From IMG/VR virus record IMGVR_UViG_3300043399_000587, positions 32,001 to 96,000 of that record: a stretch of DNA of 64,000 bases; one strand, 5' to 3'. The stretch comes from a virus. Of this stretch, positions 1 to 8,357 are shown piece by piece (position 1 is the stretch's first letter; every line of letters starts with the position of its first letter). Position numbers and translations under genes: made by a program. A model generated the notes under the pieces. It was given only the letters and a program-made list of their open reading frames with translations. It ran no database searches and was not told where the DNA came from.

Positions 1-7
1 AATAATC

Positions 8-316
8 ATGACGGCTGTTCCTATTAAAACGCAGAAAACTGAAACTGATATCGCAGTCCTACAAGTTAAAGTTGAAACTATTGAAGATAAATTGGGTGAC
101 CTAAAATCTGATATAAAGGACGTGCGTGAAGCTTTGGATAAACATTCTCAAGATCACAGCCTTATGATTAAAAATATGCAGGATTCCAATTCAAGTGCCC
201 ACAAGTCAATGGCCGAAAAAATCTCTAGTTTAGAAAAATGGCGTTGGATGATGATGGGAGCAGGAATAGTGATAGGTTCGTTAGGGTACGATACAATTGC
301 AAAACTACTAAAATAA
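8..316 (+). CDS. Coiled-coil protein with C-terminal transmembrane segment (holin/hemolysin XhlA-like hypothetical)
   Basis: Heptad-rich N-terminus followed by LEKWRWMMMGAGIVIGSLG hydrophobic helix. Confidence 0.5.
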   Translation: MTAVPIKTQKTETDIAVLQVKVETIEDKLGDLKSDIKDVREALDKHSQDHSLMIKNMQDSNSSAHKSMAEKISSLEKWRWMMMGAGIVIGSLGYDTIAKLLK

Positions 317-338
317 AAGGGGCTTAGGCCCCTTTTTT
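315..338. terminator. Bidirectional intrinsic terminator between convergent genes
   Basis: AAAAGGGGC-TTAG-GCCCCTTTT hairpin with A/T tracts on both sides. Confidence 0.8.
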
Positions 339-737
339 AATCAGTGATTTGATCTTTTCTTGAACTACGTCAAAATTGATAGTGTTAAATAAACCCGGAT
401 GTAGTGGCTTAGGATACACCGAACTATCGATCCAAGAATAACCTAAATGTTCATCATTTAATATAGGAATAAATTCTTCTTTTACTGTACAAAAAAATGT
501 ATGATACACGAAAGAATTATTTACAAACTTCTGAATGGGTATCAGCTTGGCATCAGTGGGAAAGAATCCTATTTCTTCTGTACATTCTCTGTATAGACCT
601 TCTAACAAGGTTTCTTCTTTCTCTATTTTCCCACCCGGAATACCCCAAGAACCAAAATTCTTTTCATCACTACGTAATAGGTACAAGAATCTTTTGGTGT
701 TTTCTGTATAAAAGAATATGCCGGCTGAAACACTCAT
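324..737 (-). CDS. NUDIX hydrolase
   Basis: Nudix box GGKIEKEETLLEGLYRECTEEIG. Confidence 0.9.
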   Translation of the reverse strand: MSVSAGIFFYTENTKRFLYLLRSDEKNFGSWGIPGGKIEKEETLLEGLYRECTEEIGFFPTDAKLIPIQKFVNNSFVYHTFFCTVKEEFIPILNDEHLGYSWIDSSVYPKPLHPGLFNTINFDVVQEKIKSLIKKGA

Positions 738-761
738 GATGAAATAATATAGGAATTTGAA

Positions 762-2129
762 TCAAATGACAATACTATAGTCACCCTGTTCGTACCATCC
801 TTCATATGACTTCATCCAAGCACCTTCTTCATTGGCGTATCTGTATTGTACATTTGTAGTAAGGTTGGTAACATATTCCACTGTTGTTGCTTCCGATGCG
901 TCAAATGCTACTTCCCATTCTGTTCCATTGAATTCTATAATATCATTTGCTTTGGCTACTAGACTGCCCCATGCTACAGTAGGTGCTGTTCCTCCTATGC
1001 TTTCTGCGATTAGATATCTACGACCAGTGACTGGTGGAGGCAATCCATAATTAGGAGCAGACGTTAACGGATTAATAACACTGTCTACAGGGTCTAGCGT
1101 GTTCTGTGGAAGTGTGTCAGGATCAATGTTATAAATTAGTATCCTATCGTCTAATGGATCTATAACAATAGTTCCTACGATTTCAGTATCCATATATGGA
1201 TTCTGCAACCAAATCTGAGAGACGCCAGGTTTATATGCACCATATGCATTCAACAATGCAGACCAATACAATGATGTGTTAGGAGGATTTGGTAGATTTA
1301 ATTCTGAATTAGGTGGTTGAAATGTTTGATTAGCAGGTAATAATTGCAAGGTGTTATTCAACAACAATAATTTGTATCCATATGGAGTAATTTTTTGCCT
1401 AGTGCCTAGTAATAAATCATCGTTTGCAGTTGATTGTAGCGATACCTCAGTGAAAATACTAGAAATAATTTTTTGAATGACACCATATTTCTTTAATTTA
1501 CTTGCCGTACTTAACCATATAGGCATATAGAATTTCCATGTCATAACATCAATAGGATTACCTGTACCTTGTGGAATACTTCTACTGCTGAATGTCAATC
1601 CATCTTGATATACTACTGACAGGCTAGTCCAATCGATAAAGTTATCTGTACTTTGAATTTCTAGTGCAGGATTAAAAAGCGTACCCAACTGTTCAATTAA
1701 TTCTAATTTTTGATTATAGTTTGTAGTCCAAAAATCTACTGTAATTCTCAACGTGTAAGGAACAGGCATTAATCGCTCGACAGTAAATGCTTGTCCTTGA
1801 GTCGTTTCATAACTTTGAGTAGATGCATTGTAAGCTCGCTGTCTTACATTTAATTTGTCAACGAAGGTTGGATCTTGTGTTCTCTGTTGATTATATTCTA
1901 ACCCACTAATGTAATACGTGATTAATGGTGCACTTGGTAAATTACTCGCACTATTGTTTGCAATGATTGTACTTGCTTGTCTGGAACTGTCACCATACAT
2001 GATAGGAACACGTACTAAAATTTCGTTACCTGCAGGGTCTTTGCCCTTTGTAACATACCAATTACTAAAAATCTTTGCGAACTGTAACAGAAATCTACGT
2101 ATCTGTCCGTCATAAAAAAATTGTGCCAT
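762..2129 (-). CDS. Tail sheath stabilizer/tail terminator, T4 gp15-like, with C-terminal extension
   Basis: N-terminal FFYDGQIRRF..FSN..RVPIMYG and PVPY motifs characteristic of gp15. Confidence 0.75.
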   Translation of the reverse strand: MAQFFYDGQIRRFLLQFAKIFSNWYVTKGKDPAGNEILVRVPIMYGDSSRQASTIIANNSASNLPSAPLITYYISGLEYNQQRTQDPTFVDKLNVRQRAYNASTQSYETTQGQAFTVERLMPVPYTLRITVDFWTTNYNQKLELIEQLGTLFNPALEIQSTDNFIDWTSLSVVYQDGLTFSSRSIPQGTGNPIDVMTWKFYMPIWLSTASKLKKYGVIQKIISSIFTEVSLQSTANDDLLLGTRQKITPYGYKLLLLNNTLQLLPANQTFQPPNSELNLPNPPNTSLYWSALLNAYGAYKPGVSQIWLQNPYMDTEIVGTIVIDPLDDRILIYNIDPDTLPQNTLDPVDSVINPLTSAPNYGLPPPVTGRRYLIAESIGGTAPTVAWGSLVAKANDIIEFNGTEWEVAFDASEATTVEYVTNLTTNVQYRYANEEGAWMKSYEGWYEQGDYSIVI

Positions 2130-2131
2130 AA

Positions 2132-4249
2132 TTATTCAACCGGTGGTAAAGAATCTGGTTCTATCGTTAATATTTTTGATAGTGGTTGTGCTTCGGGAAT
2201 CAATTCGCCCTGAGCCTCGCTATAAATTTCATTAGTATCATTGATGAACGTCGATAATAATGATTTATCATTTTCTGTATACCCCGTTTCCGTTCTTACA
2301 TTTTCTGATATTTTAACCCAAATTTCTCCGTCCCAACGGAATAAAATTTGCGGTGAATAGTCAGTTCTCAAAAAGAAATTACCTACTTCAGGTGTAAGCG
2401 GGAATGAAATACCTGCTGCTGCTGGGAATCCATTTGGTGCCGTGCCATCACCAGTCATGTAACCATTAGTATAACTAGTGCTTCTAGGTGTGTATGCCGG
2501 GATGTAGATGTATTCAGTATCTCCTTCGACAGTGATAACTTGTTGGTGTACTAATCCTACAGAAATAGTTCCAGGTTCTAAATCTAAAATACTAGATAAA
2601 GGCTGAGATTCTGGTACTAATTTATTCTCTTGCTGCAAGAATATTTCTTGTTTATCATTAATAAAACTTGACAACAAAGACTTGTTATCTTCGCCGAATC
2701 CAGTATCTGTTCTAACATCAGATGACATGCGAACCCAAATAGTTCCGTCCCAGCGAAATAAAACATTAGGGAGATAATCTATGCGTAAAAAATAATCACC
2801 AACTTGTGGGTTTTGTGGAAAGGCTATTCCCGTCCCAGTTGGTAATCCATTTGGTGCTGTACCATCTCCTGTTAAATAACCATTTGTATATGAAAAACTT
2901 CTAGGGGTGTATCTTCGGATATATTGGAATCTAGGATCACAATCTGCACGATAGTCCATTTGTGGTGTTATCGTACCTGTAAATCCAGATTGTTCTGGGT
3001 CTTGATCCGCAGTAGCATACGTATTATCTGCTGTTCCATATGGCCCGGTGATTACTCCTAAATTTTTTATCGTTAATATTGTGTCACCTTTAACAGGACC
3101 TGAATTGGTTGCAGTTCGTTGTGGGGCAGTTTCTATAAGCTGTAAGCTAGCTTGTACGAATTTATCTAACAATGTATGATCTGCATCTATTGTAGTGTCC
3201 CATATACTTTGTACAGAAGCTTTAGGAATACGAATATATGGGCTAGAATTTTTATATTTCTTATCTCGTAACATGCCGACACTACCGGGTAATCCACTGC
3301 TAGAAATAATGATATTTTCAGGCGGCGCCGGCTGATCTATCTTGTTAGACAATACACCGTTTTCTTCCCAAACTCCATACGTTGGAACAACATATAAATT
3401 ACTAGTGTCATACCCTGATTTAGGTACAATACGTTTTGCTTCTTGTAACTGTGCATCATTGATTTGAATATTTTTATTGTACGTTGCAAGAATATCCTTA
3501 AGATTATCAGCAGTATCCAATTCCCAGTATGTTTCATTGGGAGGAGTTGTTCCTATAGGTACATCTGTCTTAGCAACATAATTTTTATCACCATAAGTAA
3601 TTACGTATCCTGCAGGATACGTTTTATCTTTATCCCAAAAGCCAAGATAGGTATCTTTGTTAATTGGTTCTTGTAATATCTGACTGAATTCTTCACTATC
3701 TACTAGTGGTTCGCACTTAATACGCCACAGATGCGGGAACCAAGTTTGACTGAACCCTTCACTTGCATAGTTTGCATCAGTAATTTGCATAAACCTTTTT
3801 AATGCAACAGGAATAGTTTCTTTCAATGGGTTATAATCTAATAAGTGCGGTAATTCAATAACGTCACCGACCATCAATTTTCTTCCCAAAATTTCAATCA
3901 TGTCATTATAGTGAACTGTTATAAAAACAATATCGTTGTTTAAGAACAATCCAAACTGACTCAAATCAAAATCTAGATTCTGTACGTTGTAATGTCCCCT
4001 CAATCGATAAATATTAGGATCGTATGTCCTATCTCTGTTTTCTAAAAACAGTAAATCCTGTATATTCGTAGGATCTAATTTATCATACTGAGGTTGTGTG
4101 TAATCAATACTTGGACCCTGATCAGTTGGACCTAAATATTTGTGAATATACAAATCAGTACCGCCTACCGTCAATTGTTCAGAAATGGTTCTGTCCAAAA
4201 ATCGGTAGTCGTTTTGCTTATTTTCTCGGTAAAGGCTTAATCTTGGCAT
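2132..4249 (-). CDS. Neck protein, T4 gp14-like, with duplicated C-terminal domain
   Basis: Likely start ATG 4249 (MPRLSLY) just after TAAATA; LSQFGL and GDVIELP motifs; adjacent to gp15-like gene. Confidence 0.65.
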   Translation of the reverse strand: MPRLSLYRENKQNDYRFLDRTISEQLTVGGTDLYIHKYLGPTDQGPSIDYTQPQYDKLDPTNIQDLLFLENRDRTYDPNIYRLRGHYNVQNLDFDLSQFGLFLNNDIVFITVHYNDMIEILGRKLMVGDVIELPHLLDYNPLKETIPVALKRFMQITDANYASEGFSQTWFPHLWRIKCEPLVDSEEFSQILQEPINKDTYLGFWDKDKTYPAGYVITYGDKNYVAKTDVPIGTTPPNETYWELDTADNLKDILATYNKNIQINDAQLQEAKRIVPKSGYDTSNLYVVPTYGVWEENGVLSNKIDQPAPPENIIISSSGLPGSVGMLRDKKYKNSSPYIRIPKASVQSIWDTTIDADHTLLDKFVQASLQLIETAPQRTATNSGPVKGDTILTIKNLGVITGPYGTADNTYATADQDPEQSGFTGTITPQMDYRADCDPRFQYIRRYTPRSFSYTNGYLTGDGTAPNGLPTGTGIAFPQNPQVGDYFLRIDYLPNVLFRWDGTIWVRMSSDVRTDTGFGEDNKSLLSSFINDKQEIFLQQENKLVPESQPLSSILDLEPGTISVGLVHQQVITVEGDTEYIYIPAYTPRSTSYTNGYMTGDGTAPNGFPAAAGISFPLTPEVGNFFLRTDYSPQILFRWDGEIWVKISENVRTETGYTENDKSLLSTFINDTNEIYSEAQGELIPEAQPLSKILTIEPDSLPPVE

Positions 4250-4272
4250 AAAGTATTTATCGTGGATGAGGC

Positions 4273-4301
4273 TTGACATTAAATGGTTTTTAATATAGAA
4301 T
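4273..4301 (+). promoter_or_regulatory. Sigma70-type (early) promoter
   Basis: TTGACA-17 nt-TAGAAT, back-to-back with a minus-strand late TAAATA (4254-4259). Confidence 0.8.
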
Positions 4302-4332
4302 GTGCATTCTCGTTACTTTAAGGATTGGATCA

Positions 4333-4512
4333 ATGCTGTTCGACGTCGGAAACATCTTTCTGTCTATGATCAACGAACTTGAGCGTCGGGTGAAGATCGA
4401 GAAGCAGGGCGACTTGTTCGCAGTCATCATCGACGGGGAAACTGTCACTTGGTCAGTGTCTGACCAGCGTGCCCGTGAAGTTGCGATCAAGCTTATTGAC
4501 GCAGGATTTTAA
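4333..4512 (+). CDS. Small hypothetical early protein
   Basis: ATG 4333 after AAGGA; directly downstream of the sigma70 promoter. Confidence 0.55.
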   Translation: MLFDVGNIFLSMINELERRVKIEKQGDLFAVIIDGETVTWSVSDQRAREVAIKLIDAGF

Positions 4513-4525
4513 AAAGGATAAGTAT

Positions 4526-5731
4526 ATGGTGACTCGTAAATCTTCTAAAACGGCTAAATCGAAGAATCTTGTTGATACTTCTATGGTCAAAGCACTTGAC
4601 CCTCGGGACATTGATACTAAATATGTCGGTCCCGAGCCACTTTTTATGGAAGAGTCTAAGAATCGAAATTCGGACATGATTGCTGCCTTTAACTGGTACA
4701 GTCGATTTTATGGACGAAAAAAAGCCAAAGAGATGATGATCCAATATTTGGATCTGTCTGGAAATCAGGGACTAGCTAAAGTTATTCGTAAGGTTGAGGA
4801 AAGCAACCTCAACCCAACTATGTGCTGGCTCGCACGTATGACCCTACGTGGGTTCAAACTGAATCCAACTGAACAAAAGCGATTGACTGACGAAATTAAT
4901 CGTTTGGTTATGACTGTTCAAAACCCCAAAATTAAAGAATCTACTACGGGTAAGAAAGCCGTGGTCAAGAAAGAAACGAACCGCCCCAACGTGCAAGAAA
5001 TCATGAAGGAAAAAGCACGTGAGGCTGCAGGTGAAATTGAAGGTATGTACGATGACTACATACTAGCAGGTGCCAAATCTTCGTTCAATTTCAAACCTGT
5101 TGATTTGCTTGCAAAATATAACGTTTTGCCACAACATATTAACATCGTCACCGATGCATGGAAACGCAAACGTAATGAAATTGAGGAAGTTATTAAAGGT
5201 AAAGATGCCCAGCTTGTTCAGAGTTACAACCATTACACCAAAACTCAACTCAAGAACATCCTTAAATTTATTGATCAATTCCTCAGCGACTTTAATAGCT
5301 ATGTAAGTGTCAAGAAAGCAACCAAGGCACCCCGCAAGCGTAAGGTTGTTCCTGTAGAAAAGCAGGTTGCTAAAATGAAGTTCCTGAAGGAATTTAAAGA
5401 TACTGCAACAAAGTTGGATCTTGTTAGTTTGCATCCTGTCAAACTTCATGGGGCCAGTGAATGTTATCTGTACGATACGGCTAAGCGTAAATTGATTTAC
5501 ATGGTAGCAGATGAGTACAGCAAAACCTTTTCAGTTAAAGGCACTACATTGCTTGGCTTCGACAACGTTAAAAGTCAGACCAAAACGCTTCGCAAGCCTG
5601 CTGAGCAGATTGCTCAAATTTTGAAATTGGGTAAACCAGCTGGAAGAAAATACTTCAACGAGATTCGTGCAGTAGCAACTACGCCAAATGGACGAACTAA
5701 TGACAATATGATTATCCTTAAAGCTTGGTAA
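4526..5731 (+). CDS. Basic hypothetical phage protein
   Basis: Long Lys-rich ORF; ATG 4526 after AAGGA. Confidence 0.7.
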   Translation: MVTRKSSKTAKSKNLVDTSMVKALDPRDIDTKYVGPEPLFMEESKNRNSDMIAAFNWYSRFYGRKKAKEMMIQYLDLSGNQGLAKVIRKVEESNLNPTMCWLARMTLRGFKLNPTEQKRLTDEINRLVMTVQNPKIKESTTGKKAVVKKETNRPNVQEIMKEKAREAAGEIEGMYDDYILAGAKSSFNFKPVDLLAKYNVLPQHINIVTDAWKRKRNEIEEVIKGKDAQLVQSYNHYTKTQLKNILKFIDQFLSDFNSYVSVKKATKAPRKRKVVPVEKQVAKMKFLKEFKDTATKLDLVSLHPVKLHGASECYLYDTAKRKLIYMVADEYSKTFSVKGTTLLGFDNVKSQTKTLRKPAEQIAQILKLGKPAGRKYFNEIRAVATTPNGRTNDNMIILKAW

Positions 5732-5737
5732 TCATTA

Positions 5738-5772
5738 AACCCCTATAGTAAAATATAGGGGTTAATTTTTTT
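5738..5772 (+). terminator. Intrinsic terminator
   Basis: AACCCCTATA-GTAAAA-TATAGGGGTT followed by a T7 run. Confidence 0.75.
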
Positions 5773-5783
5773 ATGGAGAAAAT

Positions 5784-6218
5784 ATGCAAATTGACTTAAA
5801 TAAGTACCAATCTTTTGTAAAGGCAGTAACTAGTGAACCTAGCAACGATTTAACAACATTTATAAATCGCTGTGATACATTAGACGGCAACTATGATTTC
5901 ACAAACAATCAGCATGGGCCTGATATTAACGTTCCATTATTGCTTACTGCATGTCTGGGACTTGCCGCAGAAAGCGGGGAATTCATTGAGATACCCAAGA
6001 AGATTTTCTTTCAGGGTAAGCCTCTTAATGAAGAAAATCGTTTCCATATGAAGCGTGAGTTGGGTGACATTATTTGGTATTGGATCAATGCTTGTAGGGC
6101 ACTTGGATACGATCCAAATGATGTCATTGCCGAGAATGTTAAAAAGTTAGAATCAAGGTATCCGGGAGGTCACTTTGATCCTCACTATTCAGAGAATCGT
6201 AAAGTAGGGGACCTCTGA
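5784..6218 (+). CDS. MazG-like nucleotide pyrophosphohydrolase
   Basis: LGLAAESGEFIEIPKK and KRELGDIIWY, NVKKLESRYP motifs. Confidence 0.85.
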   Translation: MQIDLNKYQSFVKAVTSEPSNDLTTFINRCDTLDGNYDFTNNQHGPDINVPLLLTACLGLAAESGEFIEIPKKIFFQGKPLNEENRFHMKRELGDIIWYWINACRALGYDPNDVIAENVKKLESRYPGGHFDPHYSENRKVGDL

Positions 6219-6219
6219 T

Positions 6220-6438
6220 ATGGTTTTTTGGGAAGACGGACTTTATTTGTTTACTCCCGAAGAGTTTGATCAGCTTCCCGATGGGATAGAGTTATTTTCT
6301 ATTAATGGACATTCTGCAATTAAGGGAAAAGACTACATTGATCAAGATGTTAGATATGGGCATCTTGCTTTTGGGGTAAAAGATCCCTGGAATCATGAAT
6401 TAAAAAACCTGTTCTTGCTTTTCAAACTAAAGCAGTAA
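6220..6438 (+). CDS. Hypothetical protein
   Basis: ORF coupled to MazG gene. Confidence 0.6.
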   Translation: MVFWEDGLYLFTPEEFDQLPDGIELFSINGHSAIKGKDYIDQDVRYGHLAFGVKDPWNHELKNLFLLFKLKQ

Positions 6439-6478
6439 GAACAGATTCCTGATAAATACTCGATATTAGGAATTAATC

Positions 6479-7276
6479 ATGACTGTCAGTTCAATAGCAA
6501 CCCCAATGAGTACTCCTTCTAGTCTAACACTAGATGAGTTAAAAGAAGCACTATTCAATAATATTCGCCTACGTTTAGGTGGCGATATTATTGACCTAGA
6601 ACTTGACCCCCAGCACTATGAAGCAGCGTTTAATTATGCAATAAAAATTTATCGCCAAAGAGCGCAAAATGCTACAGTCGAATCGTATACGTTGATGACA
6701 GTTAATAAAAACGTAGATACTTATACGTTACCTAGCGAATTTATCAATGTTAGATGTCTGTATCGTAGAACAGTTGGATTAGAAACAGGTCCTAGTTCTA
6801 CCTCATTTGATCCATTTAGTAGTGCTATTCTTAATACCTATTTGTTGAACTATAATTATACTGGTGGTATGGCTACATACGATTTCTACGCAGGGTATGT
6901 AGAATTAGCAGCACGTATGTTTGGTGGATATGTCAATTATACATTTAATCCAGTAACCAAAGTACTAAGAGTTGTTCGTGATTTTAAGGGTAGCGGAGAA
7001 CGAATATTAATTTGGGCAGACGTTCAAAGACCTATAGAAGAATTGTTGCAGGATCCAGGCGCTGGCGTTTGGATTGGTGATTTCACATTAGCAGTACTTA
7101 AAGGTATCATTGGTGAAGCGCGTGAAAAGTTTGGTAGTATTGCAGGCCCGGGCGGAGGTACCACATTAAATGGCACTGCTATGAAGAATGAATCAAAAAC
7201 ACTACAAGACGCACTTATAGAAGATTTACGAAGATATCAGGATTATTCACAACCATTGACATGGATACAAGGTTAA
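6479..7276 (+). CDS. Neck protein, T4 gp13-like
   Basis: RLRLGG..IDLELD, REKF..IAGPGGGTTLNG motifs; late promoter upstream. Confidence 0.8.
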   Translation: MTVSSIATPMSTPSSLTLDELKEALFNNIRLRLGGDIIDLELDPQHYEAAFNYAIKIYRQRAQNATVESYTLMTVNKNVDTYTLPSEFINVRCLYRRTVGLETGPSSTSFDPFSSAILNTYLLNYNYTGGMATYDFYAGYVELAARMFGGYVNYTFNPVTKVLRVVRDFKGSGERILIWADVQRPIEELLQDPGAGVWIGDFTLAVLKGIIGEAREKFGSIAGPGGGTTLNGTAMKNESKTLQDALIEDLRRYQDYSQPLTWIQG

Positions 7277-7288
7277 TTTAAGAGGATT

Positions 7289-7900
7289 ATGATAATAGGT
7301 TTATCTGGAAGAATAGGTTCCGGCAAAGACACTGTTGCTGATTACTTAGAAAAACAACACGGCTTTAACCGATACAGTTATGCAAATGCAGTAAAAGATT
7401 GCCTTTCATTATTATTTGGATGGGACCGTGAATTATTAAATGGGTACACAAAAGAAAGTAGAACTTTTAGAGAACAACCTGATGTATGGTGGTCTAAACG
7501 TCTGGGCATAGAAAATTTTTCACCTAGATTTGCAATGCAATATATTGCCACTGATGTATTTAGGAAACATTTTCATGATCAAATTTGGGTAGCCAGCTTA
7601 GAAAAGAAACTTCAAAGCGAAACAAAAAACTGTGTTGTTACTGATTGTAGGTTTGTAAATGAATTTTATAGCATCAAAAGTTTGAATGGATTGACAATTA
7701 GAATTGAACGCGGTGAAAATCCAGACTGGTATCAATATGCCAAAGATTTAACAAATTCATATAATTTAGAAAAGCTACGTGAATTTAATGTACATGCTAG
7801 TGAATATGAAAGTGTTTATTTACCTTATGATCATATTATTAATAATGACGAAACACTTGAAGATTTGTATAAAAAAATAGAATCAGTGATCAACAATTAA
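7289..7900 (+). CDS. Deoxynucleoside monophosphate kinase (T4 gp1-like)
   Basis: P-loop GRIGSGKDT, SPR..MQ, DCRFVNE, HASE motifs. Confidence 0.9.
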   Translation: MIIGLSGRIGSGKDTVADYLEKQHGFNRYSYANAVKDCLSLLFGWDRELLNGYTKESRTFREQPDVWWSKRLGIENFSPRFAMQYIATDVFRKHFHDQIWVASLEKKLQSETKNCVVTDCRFVNEFYSIKSLNGLTIRIERGENPDWYQYAKDLTNSYNLEKLREFNVHASEYESVYLPYDHIINNDETLEDLYKKIESVINN

Positions 7901-8236
7901 ATCACCACGTTTCCAAGTAACCTCATTTTTCTTAACGACTTCTACACAATTGAGGCATATGCTACGAAGATTACTTGGAGCTATGTTTTCTAATTGCCCA
8001 TCTACATGAAAAACTATTATTTGTGATTGCAGTAAACTTCTGAAACCGCACAAATCACAGTTAGTTTTCTTTTTATAGCCCCCTTTCGACCACAAGGATT
8101 TACGGGGCTTTAATTTTTTTTTCTTACGGCCGCACTCATCACAGATACTTCTGTAATGAGTAACTCCTTCACGGATGTAGTTTATTGCTTTGTAATTTTT
8201 ATTACATTCGTTGCACATAGGACGTTTGGTAGGCAT
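7883..8236 (-). CDS. Zn-binding HNH-like protein
   Basis: Several CxxC pairs; HVDG..N..NLRSICLNC; ATG 8236 follows TATAAATA on the minus strand. Confidence 0.7.
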   Translation of the reverse strand: MPTKRPMCNECNKNYKAINYIREGVTHYRSICDECGRKKKKLKPRKSLWSKGGYKKKTNCDLCGFRSLLQSQIIVFHVDGQLENIAPSNLRSICLNCVEVVKKNEVTWKRGDLIVDH

Positions 8237-8357
8237 ATAGTATTTATAGCAGCTAACCTTCGAAGGTACATCAACTCCATATTTTTTTGTTTTTTTCATA
8301 AATAATAGTATGCATTTTAGGTGGTAAACCTCATAATTTTACATAAAGGAAAACAAA

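Noticed and set aside
2158-2911. Duplicated segment as a DGR template/variable repeat pair
   Set aside because: Both copies are coding and differ at all base types, not only adenines; no reverse transcriptase in window
8256-8267. 12-bp palindrome ACCTTCGAAGGT between divergent late promoters
   Set aside because: Single short occurrence; cannot be distinguished from chance
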